Origin: Nemertoderma westbladi
Taxonomy: Eukaryota; Animalia; Xenacoelomorpha
Assembly: GCA_032718475.1 (NCBI GenBank)
Contig: JAUCBJ010007651.1
Span: forward strand, 1 to 41,636
Direction: 5' to 3'
DNA: 41,636 nucleotides
The notes under the pieces were generated by a model. The model was not told the origin of the DNA and ran no database searches. It was given only the letters and a program-made list of their open reading frames with translations. This document shows, in pieces, positions 11,211 to 22,239 of the stretch. The first letter of the stretch is position 1. Each line of letters opens with the position of its first letter. Made by a program: the position numbers and the translations under genes.

Positions 11211-11660
11211 CGGTACTCTACGCACCCTCTTACTAACTAGTTCTACAACTAACTACTACTCTTACTAACCGGTACTATGTACCCTCTTACTAACTAGCTC
11301 TATAACTAACTACTACTCTTACTAATCGGTACTACGTACCCTCTTACTAACTTCCAACTCCACTAACTCTTACTAACCGGTACTACGTACCCTCTTACTA
11401 ACCTCTAACTCCCACTAACTCCTACTAACCGGTACTACGTACCCTCTTACTAACTTCTAACTCTCCCAACTATCGGTACTACGTACCCTCTTACTAACTT
11501 CTAACTCTCCCAACTATCGGTACTACATACCCTCTTACTAACTTCTAACTTGACTAACTAGCGGTACTACGTACCCTCCTACTACTTAACTAACTAGCGG
11601 TACTACGTACCCTCCTACTACTAACTAACTAGCGGTACTACGTACCCTCTTACTACTAAC
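11211..11660. repeat. Second copy of the GGTACTACGTACC array
   Basis: Part of the 2.13-kb duplication. Confidence 0.9.
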
Positions 11661-11800
11661 TTATATCTGCCTACTTACTGCGTACCTATTATGTACTATT
11701 ATTATTATTTTTTTTTTTTTATTTTTGTGTGTGGGAAGGGCGTCTCGCCCTCAATCCCACCCCCCTCAGTCCAATACTTGGACGACTAAACTCTACTCAA

Positions 11801-12540
11801 CTAAGGTGCTCCCTCTAACAGGCAGCACTTCCCTACAGCCCTCCTGTAGGTCTTCCTATCTTTCGCTCCTATCTTGCCACCTATCCGCACTTCTACCGAT
11901 CGGACTCTTCCGTCCTCATCGGAGTAAGTGCCCACAACCCTCGCCAACCGCCACTGGTTGTTGATGATGGTATCGTCCGTGACGATCACCAGATCACCCT
12001 CCTTTAACTCTCTGTTTGTATTTCTCCATTTGCTCCTCCTATGAAGCGTGGGTAGATATTCCTCGACCCACCTCCTCCAATACTCTGCGCTTATCGCCTT
12101 AGCGACTTTCCAACTATGGCGGGAGTGTATGTCGTCTGGGTCTACACCCCGCTTGTCGATAGTTGCTGGCCTTTCCATTAGAAAATGACTGGGCGTCAGC
12201 ACATCTAATGACTCAGGGTCATCATTTTCTGGATATAACGGTCTGCTATTAATGATACCCTCATACTTTGCTAATACCGTTCTTAGTACGTCCTCTGTGA
12301 CCATGTGGGTGTTCATCAACTTCGTCATCAGACGCTTTGAACTACCCACGAGTCTCTCGACGCATCCTAGAGTATACGGAGCATACGGCGTCCTCCTCTC
12401 CCACTTCACCTGTCGTCTTCTCATGGCTGCCATGACTTCCTCCCCTTCCAGGATATTCAAGGCTTCTGCCATCTCTTACTCCGCCCCCACAAAGTTGGTT
12501 CCGTTGTCAGAATATATTACTGCGATCGTCCCACCGTTAG
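11801..12540 (-). pseudogene. pol: BEL/Pao integrase core and C-terminal fragment
   Basis: 223-aa ORF preceded in frame by GTIAVIYSDNGTNFVGAE* (second catalytic Asp motif, then a stop). Confidence 0.92.
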
Positions 12541-13146
12541 CAATTAGTGCTCAGGAGAAGATATCCAGACCAGCAGGACGAACTTTTCAGATCGTCAGGA
12601 GGACACTTTAAGACTTATTTGAAAGATTATTAGCGCGTTATGTTTATTTTATATTTGGATTGATTTAATTTGGTGGAAGTTTATTATGTATATTTACAAT
12701 ATATAAAACTTGTTGAAAGATTTGAAATTATTTGTTCAATTTGTTTTGATTTATTTTGTTCTGATTTGTTTAATTTGTTTATCTTGATAACCGAAAGCCT
12801 TTTTTGTATTTTATGCACTAAAGTTGATTGGTAAATTTGTATTTTGTATGTATGATGGCTTGTATTTACGCCGTACCTGCAATATTAAGTATGCAATAAT
12901 TAGATAGTGATTATTTTATATTTTAGGCCCTACCAGTAGATTTAGAAGTATTTGTAAATAAGTTTGTATTTCGATTGGTGAAAACAGTCTTACTTACTGT
13001 TTTCATGGAGCGGTGATGAATTATTTCACTATAGGATAGCATTTGTAGTATAACGTAAAAACTTTCGAAAATCCGACGCATTTTGATTAAGTTACAGTAA
13101 TGTAATATGCCTATTCATATCAGTATACATAAAACCCCTAGTTAAT

Positions 13147-13222
13147 CTCGTGGCGTAGTGGTCAGATGGTTAAGGCGTTGGTTGCATTACATAGGTTACG
13201 AGTTCGAATCCCAGTCGGGGAA
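13147..13222 (+). pseudogene. tRNA-derived sequence (pseudo-tRNA or SINE head)
   Basis: A-box TGGCGTAGTGG at 13151 and B-box GTTCGAATC at 13202. No clean cloverleaf or anticodon arm. Confidence 0.6.
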
Positions 13223-13267
13223 ATTTGTATTTTGGGGCAATTTATTTTCATTTCATACAAACTGACA

Positions 13268-13436
13268 AACCAATGAGGTGTGTACAACACATGGAACGAT
13301 GAGTTGGGCCAATCATAGGGCATGGAATATCTTATTGCTCCAATGTGAGGCCATGGAATACTCTAGAAAGTTCTAGTGGATTCTATGTCCCAGATTTAGT
13401 ATATAAAGGGCTGGTTTGCCTTCGGTTATCACTTAT
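13268..13436 (+). promoter_or_regulatory. Pol II promoter: three CCAAT boxes, HSE-like element, TATA box, Inr
   Basis: CCAAT at 13270, 13309 and 13340; GAATACTCTAGAAAGTTCTA at ~13356-13375; TATATAAA at 13400; TCACTT at 13429. Confidence 0.65.
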
Positions 13437-14679
13437 CTTTTCTCTTGTAATATCACTTACTTCACTTGTCTCAAACTTTCGCTTAGCTAACTACTTTAGT
13501 ATTATGTTTCTTGTTGAAACTATGTTTGAAGTTTTGTAAACTGTAAATATATTTGTAAACTTCTGAACATGTTTTTCTGCATTCGTCCAACTTTGGGACA
13601 AACAAGCAACAGGAAGATGGCCGCCTAGACCGTTAGGCCGTCAGCAACGCAGGGAAAGGATGTCCACAACACGCTAGCGCCCACATTAACTTAGACCGCG
13701 CACCCCTTCGCCCTTCGAAATACTCCATTTGCCATGCAGCGCCCGCTTTATGAGGAAGGTAAGACTTTGTTTGATGCCCTTGCCCGACGTAAGACCTATA
13801 GATCAGGGTAAGCGTGACGCCGTCCTGGGACGCCGCAAATTTAGGATCAAATAACTATATTCTAGGCAGAACCCCACCAGTAGTACGAATCCCTGGGTTA
13901 CCTGTATACCTCGCAGGTGCGAATCATTGCCGTCCGTCAGTACGCGAGTACATATTAGGTACAGACAGCATATGTTCCATAATTTAGTGATTCGCAGTAC
14001 TGACCGTTTGGTACCGGTTCGCTTTGTAGAATATACATTAGTACCCCCCCCCCCCCCCCCCTGCCTGAAGTTGGTTATTTGATCAGGCAAGGAGTATTTC
14101 TGCTACCGGCACACCGCTTGGCCTAGGGAGGTTTTATTAATATCCTACCGCGCCTTGCCACATACTGATAGGTATTGCTGCTCACTACCGCAGCAACAAA
14201 GTTCTAGAATCAAATTTGTATACCAGATCAGCTAACGTACGGTAGCAATTAACCCCTATTTCTTATCTTACAACCAGAATCTGGAATTAGTGCCGATCAC
14301 GGGTGTAGTTCTAACACCGTGGTTGCCCAGTTGAGTTGTGGATAGGAAGGAGAGAGCTTTGACGTCATTTGTAAGTATAAAGTTCTACAAACGCGACTAG
14401 CTTATTTTAGTAGCTAGCGCATGGTATTATTTCGGTCAGAAAATCACTAAAACCTAGTGAAAAGATATACACTAAAATTGTTTTATTGTAACACACCCAC
14501 ACACACACGCCCTAAAACATATTTACCCTTAGAGTTCTACTAGTTATAGCGCATTTTAGATCACTTTAGGCAGAATATATTTATCGTACTTTCGGTATTT
14601 GTAAAATTAGGATCAGATATTTAGTTACGGCAAGAAGGAGTATTTCATTTTCGTTATTAACTGTTGTTTGCCTAGAGCA

Positions 14680-14820
14680 GCAGTATTGTTACATTAGGCC
14701 CGACCCTTTTAGACTGATTTCGGACAGGGGGATCAGTTATTGTTACATTTAGGCACGACCCCTTTTAGGCTGATTCAGACAGGGAGATCAGTATTGTTAT
14801 GCTAGGTCCGTAACCCACCT
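14680..14820. repeat. About 2.5 copies of a ~54-bp tandem repeat
   Basis: cagtattgttacattaggcccgaccc...gacagggggat unit repeated. Confidence 0.75.
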
Positions 14821-15272
14821 AGCTCGTATATAAACCATATAAATCACACCGCGGCAAGTTACTGTATTTAGGACTGTCAGCGATAGTTAGGATTCGCTGC
14901 GCGGGGATTGTTTTCCCGTGAGTTTGGTCTGTTACTGTAACTGTACATCTGCCATACCGGTTAGAGGACAGGTATCCTTTTGTCTAGTTCATAGGCATTA
15001 GACCCGCTCACGTACATAGAATAGACACCAGGCTCTGCTCCTCGCCAGTAGTAGTTTGTGTATTGTATCTGTTTGTTTAGATATCCTGGACTGGGATTTG
15101 TTGTCAGATACTGTACGAGCCCGTTTCATTACTAGAGTCTTACAGTAAGATACATCGTTACTAGGATCTGGTAAGCGGTATACTACTGGACTTTACGGAT
15201 AGAGATATTCTATAGCTTCGTATTAGTAGATTTGTAGGCTGTAGGGTAGTCCCTACCGTAGAGGACACAACA

Positions 15273-18088
15273 TATACGGATAAAAAATTCGGACAAAAAA
15301 ATAGTACTTCCTTTTTGTAATAGAAATAGTTATTATTATTTGGTATGAATTAATAATCTAGAAGTCCATGGACAATGATATATGGAGCACTCTAATTAAT
15401 TGGGCACTCCCAGGCAAAAGGGTCCCTACTTCGCCCTGAAGACACCCCTTACAATTTTTTTCTACCAGTCCTTTTCTAGTGTTTTCAATTTTTTTTTTTT
15501 TTATTTCTAGATAAATGTATATTGGGCTATAAATTTAACTACATACGAATATAATTATTCACTAATAACTAACTATTCCATAAATTCAACTACCTAATCT
15601 ACTAGTTCTAGAAATAACGGCTGATTGAATAGAGTTTGTAAAGGTTTCTTCTCGTATTCCTCCTCTCTTTCCTCTCCTTCTTCTTCTTTTTCTAGTGTTT
15701 TCAATAATTTTTTGGAATTGGTGAATGTTCTGTGTTTTGCGAACAGTACTGTGTTTTCTGCATAACCTCTACCAAATTTTCTAAATCTAGCTAGATTTTG
15801 TTACTTTTTTTAAAATGTTCTAGAACATAATGTCTAAATAAAATACTTTAAAAATTGTGTTCTATAATAAATAAATAATTTATCTAATAATCTATAATAA
15901 ATGTCTAATAAATATATAAAAAAAAAAATAATAATAATCAAAAGAAATAGGGTTGGTGGCTCCATGACATACTAAATATAATAATATCAGACATTGATTA
16001 AGTAAGAGTAAGGACAAGTTAGATAATACCGGTAATTACTATTGATTCTTATTAAATTTAAGAAAGTTATAGTTGGAAGAAGAATGGATGGAGGGAGATA
16101 GAGAATCCCAACGAAGGCGACTCAACCCTGTTGTCTAAAATGTCTAATAAATTACTTTAAAAATTTTGTTCTATAATAAATAAATTGTTGTTCTAGAACA
16201 TTTCATAAAAAATCAATCCTATTTGTAAATTTTTTAACATTTAATATTCATTATTTTTTATGTTAACTTTGTTTCCATAAAGAATAGTCAATCAGTCAAT
16301 CAATAGCTAGCTATTCTAATCGAAAACACTATTTATAGAACTTTATATTTTCTGTGCATAAAACAAAAATATTTCATGTTAATAACACATAGCCAATATT
16401 ATTCATTAAATTGTATTTATTAAATATAAATACTCAACATAAAATACTTTAACTAGCTAATAAAAACTACTAGCGAATAATTATAATCACTAGCTACCAT
16501 GATAATTTGTATTTGTTAGGAATTGTTCTTAACGCTAATCAAATAAATCAACATAACGTATGTGCCAACATTTTCAGTTTGCTCTAAAATAAATAAAAAA
16601 ACATCTAAATCTAAATAAATAAACAGCAAAAAAACACCTTTTTTTAAATGTTCTACAACTAAAGATATTTGTTCTAGAACATTCTTTTAAAAAAATAAAT
16701 ACTATTTGTTCTAGAACATGTTTAAAAAAATAACAAAAAATAGCTAGGAAAACAACAAAAAACCTAATTAATTTAAAATGTTCTAGAACAACGATTGGCG
16801 GGGGTGTGCCCTAAACACAGTAGTACCATATGTTCTATAACATTATTAGATAGATATGTATTTCATGGTAAATGGTGTTTTTTTACTTGCTTGTAAAGGA
16901 TTTCTCGCTCCTAAACGGCTTTTAAATGTATCTCAAAAATGATTCCAAGTCCTAACACACTTCGTTTACTGGTTTAGTTTCTCTTGGTCGAGATGACTGA
17001 CTTGAAATAGCTCGCATAACACACGGTCCTACAACTGCTTATACTTTACGGACGAACGGACGTTCACAACCCTTTCAAGACAGTGCAAAAAAACTGAGAT
17101 TTCTATTTTCCAGATGTTATTAATGTCTTCCTTGGATAAAAAATAGTGTATGGTACGTAACACCATAGAAAACCCTCTGGGAAGAGGAAAAAGAGAAACC
17201 GGATGAGGGGTGCTTTGGGTCCGTTAGGAACCAAAGTATAGCATCGAAAAATAATCCCAGTCTATAGTCCTATAGTCTATAGGTTACCTTCACATAGGTC
17301 ACCTTTACTAATAGTCTTTCCTTAACAAGAATTTGTTAATACACGTTAAAGTTATAATTGAAATTGACAGGTGAACTATTTCTATTATTATTTAACATAG
17401 CTTCCCAGGTTTAATGTGTGTAAGCCAATCATATGTTTAGGCAGGCTATAATGAGAGTGATGCTCTGCCATTGGGTGGAGGTAATTGGGACAGATGCCAG
17501 GAAGATATTTCTGACTGGTGGGTTTATTGGGTGTTTGAAGCAAAGAGCAAAGGGCCGTTAAATATTGGATGGCAATGAGAAATGAGGATGTCAAGAGGTT
17601 TGGATGAGAGATGTGGATGGGAATAATATGGGAATTTATATACTGTATCTAAAGTGGTATAGTGCTGCCTACGAAGGCGTGAAAAATATATTACATAGCT
17701 GTTGGTACTTTTTGAAATTATAAAAAAAATGGGAAAACATTGAGATTTCAGGTTTAAATTGTTGCAGAATATAGTAATGACCAATAATATTAATGATATT
17801 ATAACAGTTTTACAGCTTATATTAATTTTTTTCAAAAATTACTAGCTAGTAAAAAATACACTAGCTACCACAAAAAAATATCAGCTAAGATTCTAGAACA
17901 TTCACCAATATCAAAAAAAAAAAACACTCAAAAACACAAAAAAAAGTTAAAAAAATGACAGGGGTGGTTGATTTTTGGATACTTTACCTTAGATTGTAGG
18001 ATTCAGGCTAAAAACAAAACACTGGGAACTTTAAAAATAAATAAATACCTTGATAATAATTATTGTAACTAATAGATTTGTACACTAA
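15273..18088 (+). repeat. Segmental duplication, copy B (continues into the intact LRR gene)
   Basis: Colinear with 4278-7528. Confidence 0.95.
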
Positions 18089-18168
18089 TGAAGTTGAAAA
18101 AGTAGTAACTTCCACTAATTGTAAAAAGGTTTGCACTAATACAGAAATTATAATATAATAAAGAAAGG

Positions 18169-19788
18169 ATGTATAAAATACCAACGATTATACTTAATCA
18201 TAATTGCCGATTATTAACATTAAGAGAAATAGGTATTGTGAATGTAACTCGGGCTTTGGCAACAGGAATAGTGAATGCAGAATGTCGGAGATGGAAACTG
18301 CAGGCAGTTCGAAATGATAATCAATGCAATGTCCTCTGTAAGTGGCTGAAAGAACTACCAAATGTCCTTCGCATTGATCTACGGAAGTTCATTCTACATG
18401 CTTATATTATGGCATTTAAACAGTTGAGGAAGAAGTTCAATAAATTATATCCGCCATATAATGCTAATAATGATATACATTTCAGGAGAATAGGGAGATG
18501 GCTTCAGAGACATGTATTGCGAAAGAAACCAACTTTGGGCGGCATTATGGAAACCTACAGAAATCTTTACCTCAATCAATGTTTTTGTACAATTGTCCCG
18601 TCAATTGATATCAATGAAGAGTTTGCCGGAGAATTTCAATACATGGCAATTGTTGTCCGTCTACTAAGTTGGCTGCCAAAAATGGCAGATGCACTGACGT
18701 CAATAGATGTGCTATATTTGTCACGAGACCAGTGGTCCCGCACACTGAATACTGTTTTTACAGGCAGATTTATATTTCCTTTGCTCGTATCTATAAAAAT
18801 TCCACACATAACTGAAGACATTCTCAAAGGTATCATATGCAGCTGCCCCAATCTCAGAGTTCTACATATTCCTTGTTCCGATGTCACCATCGACACCTCT
18901 ACACTACAGAGTCTAGCACAACTGGAAAGTTTGCAGGTGTTGAATATTCAGATGTGTGCTGAGATATCAATTGATAAAATAATTGAAATGCAAAAAATGC
19001 TGCCAAAGATCGACATTATTACATATAAATCAAGGGAGATACTTGAGAGAAACATAAGTAACTTTCGTTTCCGCTATTTCAGTGTTTTTAACAGTAATGA
19101 TACTGATCAATCTATCACTGACTACCTCAAGGAAACCGTAATTCCTCATTGCCGAGATGATATCGAAGAGCTTGTGTTTAGAGTTTATTTATATCAGGAT
19201 CTCCAATTATTCGACCAACTTAAAGCATTTCCCAACTTGTCTAGGTTGATTTTCAAAGTGAACGGTGAAATGTTTCCAGAAATTATAATGGAAACAGCTC
19301 ATAGAGGAATTACTCTCCCAAATGTCACAGAATTGTTTTTAAGTGTGTTCTTTTCTGATCCAGTCATTTTGGCTGATTTAGGCTACATATTTCCAAATGT
19401 AAAGAAATTGAAATTACACATTGAATTTCTTGAAAACCCCTCTAACAATATTATAATGAGATTTCTTCAAATGCTCCATATACAAATATATAACTACCAA
19501 AGTCTAATAATGTTACTAAGAGCTTTGCAACCATCATTAACTAAAATATCCATTATCTTTGATCTTAACTATTCCCATTTTGGTGTGCCACAACCTACCC
19601 AATCAGAAGTAAAGGAAGATATCAAGGCAATCATAGATTCTGGGACTTTTGATAATTTAGAGTCTTTCAGCTTGATTAACAGCAGCATAATATATTTTAA
19701 TGATTTATCAGCTAAGGAATTTGGGGAAATATTAGCTGATTCAGTATGGAAACGATGTAAGAAGTTGCACCATTTTATAATCATTTAA
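18169..19788 (+). CDS. Intronless 539-aa leucine-rich-repeat protein with an N-terminal BC-box/cullin-box-like motif (putative E3 ligase substrate receptor)
   Basis: Longest ORF in the window, ATG to TAA. LRR segments CPNLRVLHI, LESLQVLNI, FPNLSRLIF, LPNVTELFL and FPNVKKLKL. N-terminal TLREIGIVNV...LPNVLRIDL. Confidence 0.8.
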   Translation: MYKIPTIILNHNCRLLTLREIGIVNVTRALATGIVNAECRRWKLQAVRNDNQCNVLCKWLKELPNVLRIDLRKFILHAYIMAFKQLRKKFNKLYPPYNANNDIHFRRIGRWLQRHVLRKKPTLGGIMETYRNLYLNQCFCTIVPSIDINEEFAGEFQYMAIVVRLLSWLPKMADALTSIDVLYLSRDQWSRTLNTVFTGRFIFPLLVSIKIPHITEDILKGIICSCPNLRVLHIPCSDVTIDTSTLQSLAQLESLQVLNIQMCAEISIDKIIEMQKMLPKIDIITYKSREILERNISNFRFRYFSVFNSNDTDQSITDYLKETVIPHCRDDIEELVFRVYLYQDLQLFDQLKAFPNLSRLIFKVNGEMFPEIIMETAHRGITLPNVTELFLSVFFSDPVILADLGYIFPNVKKLKLHIEFLENPSNNIIMRFLQMLHIQIYNYQSLIMLLRALQPSLTKISIIFDLNYSHFGVPQPTQSEVKEDIKAIIDSGTFDNLESFSLINSSIIYFNDLSAKEFGEILADSVWKRCKKLHHFIII

Positions 19789-20650
19789 TAATCTACAGGT
19801 GGCATCTAGTGAATGGTGATGATGAAATATTTCTTTAAATGTTATAAACTTAACTGCAATAGACGTTGATTATATAACAAGATTTACTGTTTGATTAACT
19901 ATCTCTGGGGGCACTTTAATCAATAATGTAATATAATAATAAAATGTAATATAACTTTTATAATATGTATTATAACTATAAATTGGAAATTTTATCATTG
20001 AAAAAATCGAAAAGCAGTTATTGATTAATTTGACTATGTTTTTGGTTTTGGTGATGGGATTTGTAGGACACTTTCTTTGAATTAGCAAGTTGTTGTCATA
20101 TGCATACAGCAGAAGAGGTGAGATTCCAGTTCCCAAGATGAATAGTTAAAATAGCTCTGCGGTAAACCCTCCTAAACCTTCCGTGGTGCACCATTTCTTC
20201 TGGCTGACAGTCTGAACTAATGAACCTGTTTGATCAATATGGATTAAGGATATATGTAGTTGAATGAAACAACCACATATGAACTGTGTCACTACAGAGA
20301 TATATGCTCTGCTCTGTTTGCGAAGATAATATATAAGACTGTGGATAACACATAACGTAGTTGTGAAGATAATTGAAAACAGATGTAAAGGATCCTGATT
20401 CGTTAATTATAATTACTTCCCACGAATTTGGAATCCATAATAATTTAACATAGCATTTTTCAAACAATAACATTCTTCATGCGAATCAAATGCAATGTAT
20501 GTATCAAAATTTAATTCATGTGGGAAAACCATTTAAGTCAATAAACATACTACTACTACTATGCTACACACCCGGGGAATTTTAATTAATTACCACCAGG
20601 TTAGGTTTCGCTTCTTCCATTCCAAACTCCGTAAATAGTACAATGTTTAA

Positions 20651-22239
20651 CCCTATTAGTACCGGGCTATAAAATGTTGTACAAATACCGGAGGGGGGGG
20701 GGGGGGGGGGTCATATTGACCCTTCCCTCTAAAATCTACAAATATTTACGAAAACGTCTGATTTTTTGTTTGTACGTAGGTATCACTTGTCTGGATCCGG
20801 CCGAAAAAAAAAAATTTCGAAAAAATGTACTGGGGTGGTTATATTGCAGCACCAAAATTACAAGTAGTGCACAATTATCACAAAATTTGAAAGTTACATT
20901 TTCGGCTAATTATTTTTCAATACAAGTTTTCTGGGGTGCAAAATACATTGGAAAATATTTAAAAATGATGTGATTACTATAAATGGCTGTTTAGTCCTCT
21001 CTGCGTAGGAAAAAAAATGAAAAAAACAAGTAACCAGCACTTTTCAGTTTGAACACAAAATTTTTAATTCACTTATACGATGCTATAAATTCACATTTAT
21101 AGGTTTTCTTGGGCGCTGATTCTAATGGAATACATTTCTAATATGCCAGATCATTACTACTTGTATTTTTCGGCGTAATTTGGCAAATTTTGGTGCTAGC
21201 AACAAATTTCATACCCATCACCAAAAAGTACAAGTTTGCGATGTCCAGTGCTGTTTTTATTGATTCCATCGGAATCAGGACCCTCATAAACCCGTATAAC
21301 GCAAGAAACAAGGTGGTACTATCTAACTGATCAATTTGCATATTTTCCAAAATTTGGTGCTGGCACAACAATTTTCACCCACCGGCGAAAAATACAAGTT
21401 TGAGAACTCTTATGAAATTTTTACTGATTCCATTGAATTCAGAACCATCACAAACCCGTATAACTCAAGAAACAAGGTGACACAATCAATTGATATATTT
21501 GATGGATTTCAAAATTTGGTGCTAGCACCACATTTTGCACCCACATCCTAAAAATACAAGTTTGAGATGTCTAGTTTGATAATTATATATTCCATTGAAT
21601 TCAGAACAGCGATAAACCACTAAAACGCAAGAAATAAATTGTCACAAGCAATTTTATCTATTGAATGGATTTTCAAAATTTCGTGCTAGCACCAAAATTT
21701 GCACACAGCACCGAAAAATACAAGTTTGATACGCTTGGTGCAACTCGTATATATTTCATCGAATCCAGAACCCAAAAAAACCCCAATTGCGTAAAAAACA
21801 AGTTTCAAACAATCAATTTACAAAATTGACATATTTCAAAATTTGGTGCTGGCACCAAAATTTGGCACCCACCGAAAAAAACAAGTTTGAAATTTCTAAA
21901 TCAATTTATATGAATTCCATCCAATTGCTAACACCAAAAAACCGGTATAAATCAAAAATAGAGATGTTACAATTCATATATAATGAAATGTAATTTTCAA
22001 AAAACGTCTCAAAAAAGTGCCAAAAGTAGGGTTAAAAAATGGTGCTATAACTCAAAAACTACCCAATATTTTTGAAAACGGTTTTCACTACTAGGAAGAC
22101 AATAGATTTTTAGGAAAATTCATAAAATGTCAAATTCCCAACTGCGTGTGTTTCAGAATTATAATAAAAAAACCACGGGGGGGTCATATTGACCCCTCCC
22201 CCCTGGGTTTAATAGGGTTACCCCCCGGGTTTAATAGGG
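20651..22239. mobile_element. piggyBac-like non-autonomous DNA transposon (~1.6 kb)
   Basis: TTAA on both sides (20647-20650, 22240-22243). TIRs CCCTATTAgtaCCGGG / CCCGGGttTAATAGGG. Subterminal GGGTCATATTGACCC palindrome at both ends. No transposase. Confidence 0.9.
21180..21985. repeat. About 5 diverged copies of a ~163-bp internal tandem repeat
   Basis: Core aaatttggtgctagcaccaaaattt...aaaatacaagtttg near 21187, 21350, 21512, 21676 and 21838. Confidence 0.85.

Larger units (their letters stand above)
8190..12452 (+). repeat. Tandem duplication of a ~2128-bp unit (two copies)
   Basis: Sequence from 8197 recurs almost identically from 10325. TTCCAGG occurs at all three boundaries. Confidence 0.95.
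7529..12540 (-). mobile_element. BEL/Pao LTR retrotransposon, 3' part (integrase tail, long 3' region, PPT, 3' LTR) with an internal 2.13-kb tandem duplication
   Basis: BEL integrase motifs IYSDNGTNFVGA, G.VERLV, INSRPL, LTPSHFL, W..EYLPTL..RSKW, W.LARV...DG.VRSV. PPT GGGGGGAG (8072-8079, minus strand) abuts the LTR. Confidence 0.95.
12541..15272 (+). mobile_element. Probable 3' end and long LTR of a second LTR retrotransposon (possibly Gypsy-like)
   Basis: Starts with LRRRYP...YLKDY*, which resembles Gypsy Pol C-termini. Contains a Pol II promoter and ends ...GACACAACA exactly where homology to duplication copy A resumes. The LTR 5' edge and PPT were not identified. Confidence 0.5.

Noticed and set aside
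13147-13222. Functional tRNA gene
   Set aside because: The D-arm region looks duplicated, and the acceptor and anticodon stems do not pair convincingly.
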